This document shows positions 6,398-14,104 of a stretch of DNA of 32,000 nucleotides, one piece after another. The stretch's first letter is position 1, and each line of letters begins with the position of its first letter. The notes under the pieces are model-generated. The model made no database searches, had not been told where the DNA came from, and saw nothing but the letters and a program-made list of their open reading frames with translations. The translations under genes and the position numbers were made by a program. The DNA is taken from the NCBI GenBank assembly GCA_942493095.1, contig OW818675.1, positions 1,800,001 to 1,832,000 on the forward strand, read 5' to 3'. This DNA is from Candidatus Electronema halotolerans. Its GTDB lineage: Bacteria; Desulfobacterota; Desulfobulbia; Desulfobulbales; Desulfobulbaceae.

Positions 6398-8476
6398 TCA
6401 GCTCTGCTCCGCGTGCATCTTGGAGATGTCGCCGACGCGCCGGACAAGCCCAGCTAGCTTGGTGAGCAGATTAAGCCGGTTGGCGCGGACAGCCGGGTTC
6501 TCATCCATGACCATGACCTGATCAAAAAAGGCATCCACCGGTGCTTTCATGATCAGCATGGCCCGCAGCGCGGCAGGGTAATCACCCTCGGCCAGCAGTG
6601 GCTCAACCTGCGCCTGCACAGCCTTGCCGACCGCAAACAAATCCTTCTCCGCCGCCTCAGTCAGCAGGGATTCATCCACAGAGGTTTCCACGTTATCCTT
6701 GATGATATTGGCAATCCGCTTGCAGGAACCAGCCAAGACGGCAAAGTCCTCGCTGCCGCGCATGGCTTCCAAGGCCTCAATCCGGGCCAAGCAGTCATTG
6801 AGGTCAGCAAAGGCGACAGAGGTTCCCGCCTCCACAGCGGCCTGATTTTTTCCGGCGGCGATCAAGTCATTCTCAAAGCGCAGGCGGATAAAATTCATTG
6901 CTTCCGTCAAAGTGTCTTCTTTGGCTGCAATCTTGTCCGCATAGCCTGCCAAGGCTTTTTCTGCCAGCTCGATCAAGGACAGGCGCAGATTCAGGCTGCG
7001 GATGATGTTGATCAGGCCAAGGGCCAGCCTGCGCTGACCAAAGGCATCCTTGCTGCCAGTGGGCCGCTCGCCAATGGCAAAGCAGCCGACAATGGTGTCA
7101 ATCCGGTCTGCAAGGCCGACAATCGCGCCGGGCAGGGACTGCGGCAGCTCGCCGCCCGCCCGCACTGGCAGATAATGCTCACGAATGGCCTCTGCTGCCG
7201 CCTCCTGCTCGCCGTCCAGTAGGGCATAGCACCGGCCTATGATGCCTTGCAAGGTCGGAAATTCGCCCACCATCTCGGTGAGCAAATCAGCCTTGGCCAG
7301 CTCTGCCGCCCGCAGGGCATCCGGCTTCTGCGCTGGAGCCAATTGATCAGCAAGCCAGGCGGTCAAGGCAATGATGCGGTCTCGTTTTTCCGCCATCGTG
7401 CCGAGCTGGTGCTGGAAAATGATGCCGGACAAGCCGTCAATCCGGCTGGCTAACGACTTTTTCGTGTCCTCATGGTAGAAAAACAGGGCATCTTCCAAGC
7501 GGGCGCGGAGAACGCGCTGATGGCCGCTGACTGCCAGCTCCTGGTCAGCAACGGCATTGTTGTTGACTGCGACAAAATAGGGCAGCAATTTGCCGCAGGA
7601 ACTCACGACCGGGAAATATTTTTGATGCTCCCGCATTGAGGTGATCAGCACCTCAGCAGGCAGGGCAAGAAATTTTTCCTCAAAACTGCCGCAGACCCCG
7701 TGCGGCTTTTCGACCAAATTGGTGACAATATCAAGCAGACCCTCGTCCAGCAGCGGCTCGGCCTCTGCTCCGGCCTGCTCCTGCACCGCCTTTTTCACCT
7801 CCGCAATCACCACTGCCCGCCGCTCGTCACTGTCAGCGATCACGGCCTTGTCTGCCAGCTTGGCCAAGTAATCCTCAAAACTGCGCACCTGCACCGGCTC
7901 AGGACTGAGGAAGCGATGGCCAAGGGTCGTGTCTCCGGCTTGGAGATGCTCCACGCGCATCTCGACAACCTTGCCGCCGTGCAAAGCCAGCAGCCATTGC
8001 ACAGGCCGGGCAAAGGTCAGCTTGGTCTTGCCCCAGCGCATGGACTTGGGAAAGGGAATGGCTCGGACCAGCTCCTCCAGCAGGGCGGGCAGCAGCTCGG
8101 CAGCAGTCTTGCCCTTGATCTCCTCAGCCGCCATGACATATTCACCCTTGGCAGTGCTGATAATCTGCAAATCTTCAACAGCCACGCCTTTGGAGCGGGC
8201 AAAGCCAAGGGCCGCCTTGGTCGGCTGCCCATCAGCAGCAAAGGCAGCCTGCTTGGCCGGGCCAATATGCTCCTGCAAGCGGGTCGGCTGCTCGTCCTGC
8301 ACATCATCGACGGCCAAGGTCAGGCGGCGCGGCGTGCCAGCACTGCGCACCCAGCCAAAGCTCAGACCGAGTTCGCGAAATTTTTCCTGAACAGCCTGCT
8401 CCAGAAAAGCGAGCGCAGGTCGGATGTAACTGGCCGGAATTTCCTCCGTGCCGATTTCAAAAAGGAGCTGTGACAT
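6398..8476 (-). CDS. glyS: Glycine--tRNA ligase beta subunit (692 aa)
   Basis: From ATG 8476 the protein reads MSQLLFEIGTEEIPASYI..., the canonical GlyS N-terminus. Length and the C-terminal anticodon-binding region are typical. The 8527 start in the track adds 17 hydrophobic residues and is unlikely. Confidence 0.95.
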   Translation of the reverse strand: MSQLLFEIGTEEIPASYIRPALAFLEQAVQEKFRELGLSFGWVRSAGTPRRLTLAVDDVQDEQPTRLQEHIGPAKQAAFAADGQPTKAALGFARSKGVAVEDLQIISTAKGEYVMAAEEIKGKTAAELLPALLEELVRAIPFPKSMRWGKTKLTFARPVQWLLALHGGKVVEMRVEHLQAGDTTLGHRFLSPEPVQVRSFEDYLAKLADKAVIADSDERRAVVIAEVKKAVQEQAGAEAEPLLDEGLLDIVTNLVEKPHGVCGSFEEKFLALPAEVLITSMREHQKYFPVVSSCGKLLPYFVAVNNNAVADQELAVSGHQRVLRARLEDALFFYHEDTKKSLASRIDGLSGIIFQHQLGTMAEKRDRIIALTAWLADQLAPAQKPDALRAAELAKADLLTEMVGEFPTLQGIIGRCYALLDGEQEAAAEAIREHYLPVRAGGELPQSLPGAIVGLADRIDTIVGCFAIGERPTGSKDAFGQRRLALGLINIIRSLNLRLSLIELAEKALAGYADKIAAKEDTLTEAMNFIRLRFENDLIAAGKNQAAVEAGTSVAFADLNDCLARIEALEAMRGSEDFAVLAGSCKRIANIIKDNVETSVDESLLTEAAEKDLFAVGKAVQAQVEPLLAEGDYPAALRAMLIMKAPVDAFFDQVMVMDENPAVRANRLNLLTKLAGLVRRVGDISKMHAEQS

Positions 8477-8654
8477 TGTCGAAATCAGAAATAATAAAAA
8501 AAAGAAAGGGATGTGCAAGACGGACAAACGTGCTGCGGCATTGCCGACAGGCGGATGCTGTTAGAGAGGTTCCTAACCTTACTGGCAATTCGGTCGGGCA
8601 TCAAGCGGAAAATGGCGCAGCAGGGAAAAAGACGCTGTCATCTGTCTCTCTCCT

Positions 8655-8737
8655 GTAGGGGCAGGCCCCCGTGCCTGCCCATGCAGCGCGCCGTAATAAC
8701 GGAGAAACACCGGGCGGCCACAGGGGGCCGCCCCTAC
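8655..8737. repeat. Inverted doublet of GTAG-headed palindromic (REP-like) elements
   Basis: 8655-8680 is GTAGGGGCAGGCCCCCGTGCCTGCCC (stem GGGCAGGC/GCCTGCCC). 8712-8737 is the inverted partner GGGCGGCCACAGGGGGCCGCCCCTAC, which reverse-complements to GTAGGGGCGGCCCCCTGTGGCCGCCC. A 31-nt spacer separates them. The two units are 21 of 26 complementary to each other. Confidence 0.6.
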
Positions 8738-8780
8738 AAAGGACGGCGAAAAATGGTTTTGGCTCCGCTCAAGCACCTGT

Positions 8781-9194
8781 TCAATCAGCCTCTGCCGGAT
8801 ACCAGACTGTCACGGTCGCATAGCCGTTTTTGCAGGCCGTGGCCGCAATCTGGCTTCTGGCGGCCTGCGCCTCTGAGAGCGAACTGAGCAGTCCGGCAAT
8901 GCCCTGATACATCTCCTCATGATAGCGGGCCGTGTCAGCGGAATCAGCAATCAAATTGACATCGCCCTTGACCCAGCCGGACAGAGGCTGCCCCGGCGGC
9001 ACGGTGATGGCTGTTTCCGGGTAATAGACCACTGCTCTGGCCGTGCCGCCGATGATGTTGCTCATGGCGATTTTCGCATATTCCGCCCGTTGGCCCAGTG
9101 ATGCCAGCTTCTCAGTCACGCTTTGCTCCAGCTCAGTGATGCCGGCCCGCCCGGAAAGATGGGATTCAAAGGCCTGATATGTCCATATAGTCAT
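8781..9194 (-). CDS. Hypothetical protein (137 aa), no recognisable motif
   Basis: ORF lying 24 nt downstream of the bamA stop on the same strand. AAGGAG lies 13 nt upstream of ATG 9194. No signal peptide and no motif that I recognise. Confidence 0.6.
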   Translation of the reverse strand: MTIWTYQAFESHLSGRAGITELEQSVTEKLASLGQRAEYAKIAMSNIIGGTARAVVYYPETAITVPPGQPLSGWVKGDVNLIADSADTARYHEEMYQGIAGLLSSLSEAQAARSQIAATACKNGYATVTVWYPAEAD

Positions 9195-9218
9195 TTCTGC
9201 TGCTCTGCTCCTTGATTG

Positions 9219-11876
9219 TTAGAAACTGCCGCCCATAGCAAAATCCCACTGGGCTTCCTCGTCGCCTGCTTGGGAATCGATATTATAGCCCCAGACCAGC
9301 CGCAGCGGCCCCATTGGCGACAGCCAGTTGACTCCCAGTCCGGCAGTCTTTTTCATCTCGCCGAAATCCCAGTCATCATCCTGGGCATAGACATTGCCGA
9401 AGTCGCTGAAAACCAGGCCGCGCACCCCGGCATCCTTGAGCAGCGGGAAGTACAGCTCCAGATTGGCGAACCACATCTTGTCGCCGCCGTATTTTTCGCC
9501 ATTGTCCGGGTTGATCGGGCTGACGGTCGAGGACTTGAAGCCCCGGATCGAGTTCATGCCGCCCAGATAGAAGTTCTCATAGACCGGCAGCTTGCCGTCC
9601 TCGTTCTCAAAAGCCTTGCCCGCGCTCAACCTGCCGTGCAGCACAGTTGACAAGGGCAGCGGATGATACCAGCCAGTTGAGGCCTCAACCTTGGTGTATT
9701 CCGCCTCGCCGCCAAAAACACCGCCTGCATACTCAACGCTGATGCTGTTTCTGGAGCCTGAGTCGGTGTTGAAGATTTTATCGCGGGTGTCGCGGACAAA
9801 GGACAGTTTGAACGCGCTGGTGATGTTGATCTTGGCCGACTCAAGGATGTAGTCGGAAGCATCCTCGGAAATATCCTCCAAAGTGGTGTCAGTCCAGCTG
9901 TAGCCATAGTAAATCCGCCATTCTTCGATCAGGTGATGACCGAGCCGGAGGCCGCCGCCTTGTGAGGACTTGGTGTAGTCAGTGTATTCGCGCTCCCAGT
10001 TGAAGGCATCAAGACCTGCCGAGACTCTGGAGTCAAAAATGCGCGGGTCAGTATAGGAAAGATTGTACTTAGTGGTCACAGAACTGAGATTGGCGGAAAA
10101 GGCGAGCCGGGTGCCAAGGCCAAGGAAGTTGTCCTCAGAAATCTCGCCCATGAACATCAGCTTGTCGGACGAGGAATAGCCCGCGCCAATGCTGAACTGA
10201 CCAGTGGCCCGCTCCTTGACTGAAACTAAGACATCCATCTGATCCCCAGTCGCTGTGGGCTTGGGCGTGACATTGATATCCTCAAAAAAGCCGAGCCGCT
10301 GGAGCTTCTTGACTGAATCGCGCAGGGCCTTGGAATTGAAGGTGCCGCCCTCCTCAACCGCCAGATCACGGCGGATGACATTGTCTCTGGTCCGGGTATT
10401 GCCTTGGATTTCCACCCGATTGACGCTCACCAGCCCGCCCTTGTCAATATTGAGAACAAGATCAACGGTTCTGTCCTCAGCCGATTTTTTCACCTTGGGA
10501 TCAATGTCGGCAAAGGCATAGCCTTGTTCGGCGTACAGGTCTGTCAGCTTGAGAATGTCGTCATGCAGGACTTTCCGGTTGAAAAACTGCTCTTTGCGGA
10601 TGTCGAGCATGTCCAGCAGCTCCTCCCGGCTTTTGAGCAGGTCGCCAGCCACATCAAGAGAGCCGAGCTTGTAGCGCGGGCCTTCCTCAATGGTGAAGGT
10701 GATCAGCAGGTCTTTGTCGTGCTGATCCACTTCCGGTTCAGCCACCTTGACATCAATGAAGCCGTGATTGCTGTAAAAGACAGCCAGCCGGTCCGCATCC
10801 TGCCGCAGGACATCCATTTTCAGGGTGCCGGAGCCGGTGATCCATGAAGAATACCATTTCCAGGTGCCGGTTTCGATCTCATCTTTCAGCTCGCTGGCCT
10901 CAAAAGAATTATTGCCGACAAAGCGGATGTCCGCCACGGACATTTTGCCGCCTTCGCTGATGGTAAAGACGACCTCTGTGCTTTGCGGATCAGGATGCTC
11001 GACTTTGAAGCTGACCTTGGCGGAATAGTAGCCTTTGCTGCGGTACAATTCCCTGATTTTCTTGACTGCGTCGTTGAGCGTGGCAGGATTGAGAATGCTG
11101 TTGGCCTTGATCCCGGCAGCGTCCCGGACATCGTCTTCCTCCAACTCTTGCAGTCCGGCAAAGACGACCTTGTTGATCAGCGGCTTTTCCTGCACCCGGA
11201 AGACCACCTTCTTGCCCTTGGCTGAATCATTGACCTCAATGCTGACGTTGTCAAAATAGCCCATGCTGAAGATCGCTTTCAGGTCCCGGCGCAGGCTGTC
11301 AGGGCTGTAAGCATCCCCGGCCTTGGTGCTGATCTTACCGAGGATGGCCCCGGAATCAATCCGCTTGTTGCCTGCCGGGGCAACCGAGGCGATGATCAGG
11401 TCCCGGTTGGTGTAGCTGAGAATCTCGGCAAGGATGCCTTCCAGAACATCAGGCAGGTCAGCGGCGGATGCGCCCTCCTTGTAGGCGGTCTTGGGCTGGC
11501 CCGGCTCCAGCAGGTCGATGATCTGCATGTCAACAGAAATCCGTCCGCCGATCACGGTCAGGCTGCCGACCGCAGCATAGTCCTTGCCGCTGTGCTCCAA
11601 AGCCTTGCTCAGAGCAGCCGGCGGCGGCGGCCACGGGCCTTGATAGTCAAACAGGTCTTCCGCTGCCGTGCGGGAGAGCATGGCAAAGTCCCGCGCCGCC
11701 AGCACAGCTTCCAAATCCGTGTCAGCCTGATGCGCCAGCACATTCCTGTCAGTGGCATTGATTTTCAAGGGCAAAAACAGGGTGTTCTGCTTGGCTGCCA
11801 GCGCGGAGCCAGCCGCAAGACAGCAGAAGAGGAGGAGCAGGAGCAGAATGGGAGGAATCAAGGAATGGCGGTTCAT
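9219..11876 (-). CDS. bamA: Outer-membrane protein assembly factor BamA (885 aa)
   Basis: From ATG 11876: MNRHSLIPPILLLLLLFCCLAAGSALA signal peptide, POTRA-like repeats (V..I.F.GN..F....L), a C-terminal beta-barrel and a terminal aromatic residue (...WDFAMGGSF). The 12071 start in the track adds 65 non-hydrophobic residues before the signal peptide. Confidence 0.93.
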   Translation of the reverse strand: MNRHSLIPPILLLLLLFCCLAAGSALAAKQNTLFLPLKINATDRNVLAHQADTDLEAVLAARDFAMLSRTAAEDLFDYQGPWPPPPAALSKALEHSGKDYAAVGSLTVIGGRISVDMQIIDLLEPGQPKTAYKEGASAADLPDVLEGILAEILSYTNRDLIIASVAPAGNKRIDSGAILGKISTKAGDAYSPDSLRRDLKAIFSMGYFDNVSIEVNDSAKGKKVVFRVQEKPLINKVVFAGLQELEEDDVRDAAGIKANSILNPATLNDAVKKIRELYRSKGYYSAKVSFKVEHPDPQSTEVVFTISEGGKMSVADIRFVGNNSFEASELKDEIETGTWKWYSSWITGSGTLKMDVLRQDADRLAVFYSNHGFIDVKVAEPEVDQHDKDLLITFTIEEGPRYKLGSLDVAGDLLKSREELLDMLDIRKEQFFNRKVLHDDILKLTDLYAEQGYAFADIDPKVKKSAEDRTVDLVLNIDKGGLVSVNRVEIQGNTRTRDNVIRRDLAVEEGGTFNSKALRDSVKKLQRLGFFEDINVTPKPTATGDQMDVLVSVKERATGQFSIGAGYSSSDKLMFMGEISEDNFLGLGTRLAFSANLSSVTTKYNLSYTDPRIFDSRVSAGLDAFNWEREYTDYTKSSQGGGLRLGHHLIEEWRIYYGYSWTDTTLEDISEDASDYILESAKINITSAFKLSFVRDTRDKIFNTDSGSRNSISVEYAGGVFGGEAEYTKVEASTGWYHPLPLSTVLHGRLSAGKAFENEDGKLPVYENFYLGGMNSIRGFKSSTVSPINPDNGEKYGGDKMWFANLELYFPLLKDAGVRGLVFSDFGNVYAQDDDWDFGEMKKTAGLGVNWLSPMGPLRLVWGYNIDSQAGDEEAQWDFAMGGSF

Positions 11877-12213
11877 GAGCAAGTCCTGTTGGTTGCACGG
11901 TTGTCTGAAAAGGCTGCGGGCCAGTCGTGTCATTATGCCATGCGGATATGATTTTGCAAAGACTCTATCTTGGTGCGGGCGGTTCCTTCTCATTTTGGTC
12001 AAGCGGCCCTCCTTGCTCTTTGGCTGCCTGAACTGCCGGGCATCATCTGCCGCATTCTCCATAACGAGCAAGGGACTGAGCTTTTGCCCAGGCGGCAGGC
12101 CGGAACGCTTGCTGTCACTTCAGACAGTTCATAACTGTCGGGAAAACAGGTCTTTTTTGTCACCAGCTTTATTGTTCCCGCGTTGAGCAGCAGGCCTTCT
12201 GCCAAAAAAAATG

Positions 12214-12242
12214 TTAGAAAAATGCCAGAAAGATGTTATAAC
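12214..12242 (+). promoter_or_regulatory. Possible sigma70-type promoter for the kinase-like gene
   Basis: TTAGAA (12214-12219), a 17-nt spacer, then TATAAC (12237-12242) preceded by TGT. It lies about 40 nt upstream of ATG 12285. Pattern match only. Confidence 0.3.
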
Positions 12243-12284
12243 CGGGTAAAACTCCGCACCAATCACACAAACAGACTGGACAAC

Positions 12285-13301
12285 ATGAGCAACGGACAAT
12301 ATCTTGGCCATGTCCGCAGGGATGACCCGCTTTACAGCTACCTGCGGCATGAAATTCAGCCGCAAACCGGCACCACGCCTGACAAGGCAAAATACCGCGT
12401 CTTCCGCCTCAACGCCTCCAATGACGTTTTCCTTTACGAAGAAAAGTACAGCGGCGCAAAGTTCATAGGTAAATTCTTTTGCTGCGCCCGTACCAAGGAT
12501 GCAGACAAAGCTGCTGCTCGCCTGACCCATGAGTTTGACAATCTCCAGGCCATGCGCGACTGCGGCCTGACCGGTGCCCCTCATAATGTGGCCCGCCCTC
12601 TGGGAAAGAACTATGCCCTCAATGCCCTCTTGGTCACGGAAATCTGCGAGGGCGAGCTGTTAAGCAAGGTGATTCTTGCAGCAATCCATAATGGTGAGCA
12701 GGAAAAACTCTTCCAGCGGCTCACAGCCTTGGCCTATTTCTTTTCAAAACTCCATAACCGTACAGCGAACGGCCGCAAGGTTGACTTCCGGCCGAGCTGC
12801 GACTATACAGAGCATTTGATTCAGAAACTGCTGCGGATTCATGCTCTCAAGGACAAAGAAGCGGATGAGCTGCGTCGGCTGCGCGATCAGTGGCGGCACC
12901 GGGAACGGATGTGGGAAGACCGGGAGGTGCTGGTGCATGGCGATGCCACCCCGGAAAACTTCAAGTTTACCGGCGGCCTGAACGTAAGCACCTTTGATCT
13001 GGAGCGCGCGCATCGGGATGACCGGGTCTTTGATGTGGGCCGCATTGCTGGCGAGCTGAAGCATTTTTTCCTGCGTGATACAGGCAGCAAAGAGGCTGCA
13101 GAACCCTTTATCGGCCACTTCCTCTGGGAATATGCCTGCCATTTTCCTGACAGAGACAAGGCGTTCCGTTCCATTACTGCAAGAGTGCCGTTTTATATGG
13201 GTATCACCCTGCTGCGCATTGCCCGCAATAGCTGGATCGCTCAGGATTACCGCCGCTGTTTAATCCACGAGGCTAAAGAATGCCTACGGAGAGTTGCATG
13301 A
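12285..13301 (+). CDS. Protein-kinase-like fold phosphotransferase (APH / aminoglycoside-phosphotransferase family)
   Basis: VLVHGDATPENF is the catalytic-loop HGD....N motif, and FDLERA is the D.E metal-binding motif of APH/choline-kinase-type enzymes. The first ATG in frame is 12285 with a weak SD, so the start is uncertain. The stop overlaps the next gene (ATGA at 13298-13301). Confidence 0.8.
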   Translation: MSNGQYLGHVRRDDPLYSYLRHEIQPQTGTTPDKAKYRVFRLNASNDVFLYEEKYSGAKFIGKFFCCARTKDADKAAARLTHEFDNLQAMRDCGLTGAPHNVARPLGKNYALNALLVTEICEGELLSKVILAAIHNGEQEKLFQRLTALAYFFSKLHNRTANGRKVDFRPSCDYTEHLIQKLLRIHALKDKEADELRRLRDQWRHRERMWEDREVLVHGDATPENFKFTGGLNVSTFDLERAHRDDRVFDVGRIAGELKHFFLRDTGSKEAAEPFIGHFLWEYACHFPDRDKAFRSITARVPFYMGITLLRIARNSWIAQDYRRCLIHEAKECLRRVA

Positions 13302-14074
13302 TCATCAAGGGCCTGATTTTTGACATCAACGGCACTGTCACCGACATCAACACCAATGAATGGCACGGCGAGATTTACCGCATTCTCAGCAATCTGCTCC
13401 TGTATCAGGGCATTTCTCTGAGCGAGCAGCAAGTGCGTGACCTCTATTACCGTCTGCTGAAAAGCCAGCGGGCCGCAGGCGGCGAGCAGCACCCTGAGTT
13501 TAATGCGACCGGCATTTTCCAAGAGATCATCGACGAGAACGCCACAGCCTACACCCTTAATCTGCCTGAAGCCAAGCTGGAGGCACTGCCGCTCTTCTTG
13601 GCTGAGACCTTCCGGGCCGCCTCGCTCTTCCGGCTGAAACGTTACCGAGGAGTGACAGGCACGATCAAAACATTGCATCAGCAGTATCAGTTAGCAGCTC
13701 TCTCAGACGGGCAAAGTGCCTGGGCTGTGCCGGAGCTGCGGGCCGTCGGCCTGCTTGACTATTTCAGCCCGGTGATTGTCTCCGGCGACCACGGCTTCCG
13801 CAAGCCGGATCAGCGGCTCTTTGCTATGGTCTTGGAGGCCATGCAGCTTGAGCCGGACGAGGTGCTCTTTGTTGGCAATGACATGCACCGCGATGTCTTT
13901 GGCGCGCAGCAGATGGGCATGAAAACCGTGTTCTTCAAATCCAATCAGGGCCAGCAGGACTACAAGGATACTGAGGCAGACTACATTATTTACAATTTCC
14001 CGGAGCTGCTCAACGCTGTCCGCTTCTTTGCCGAGCAGCCTCTTGCTCTGCCAGAGCAGGGCGACTTGCCCTAG
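13298..14074 (+). CDS. HAD-superfamily hydrolase (258 aa)
   Basis: MIIKGLIFDINGTVTD is HAD motif I, here DxN instead of DxD. LAALSDGQS is motif II. FRKPD and FVGNDMHRDV are motifs III/IV. GGAGAG lies upstream, and there is a 4-nt ATGA overlap with the kinase-like gene. Confidence 0.85.
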   Translation: MIIKGLIFDINGTVTDINTNEWHGEIYRILSNLLLYQGISLSEQQVRDLYYRLLKSQRAAGGEQHPEFNATGIFQEIIDENATAYTLNLPEAKLEALPLFLAETFRAASLFRLKRYRGVTGTIKTLHQQYQLAALSDGQSAWAVPELRAVGLLDYFSPVIVSGDHGFRKPDQRLFAMVLEAMQLEPDEVLFVGNDMHRDVFGAQQMGMKTVFFKSNQGQQDYKDTEADYIIYNFPELLNAVRFFAEQPLALPEQGDLP

Positions 14075-14104
14075 CCCAGTTGATTTCTTCCTGCTAAGAC
14101 TGTT

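Noticed and set aside
7700-8473. 257-aa plus-strand ORF, and other ORFs inside glyS
   Set aside because: All are antisense or out of frame within the well-supported glyS gene.
8477-8527. N-terminal extension of glyS in the ORF track (similar cases: bamA to 12071, terD to 733, TPR to 15887, MscS to 19512, IS630 transposase to 27520)
   Set aside because: In each case the downstream start gives the canonical family N-terminus or signal peptide, and usually has a better SD. The extensions often use non-ATG codons or run into neighbouring genes or repeats.
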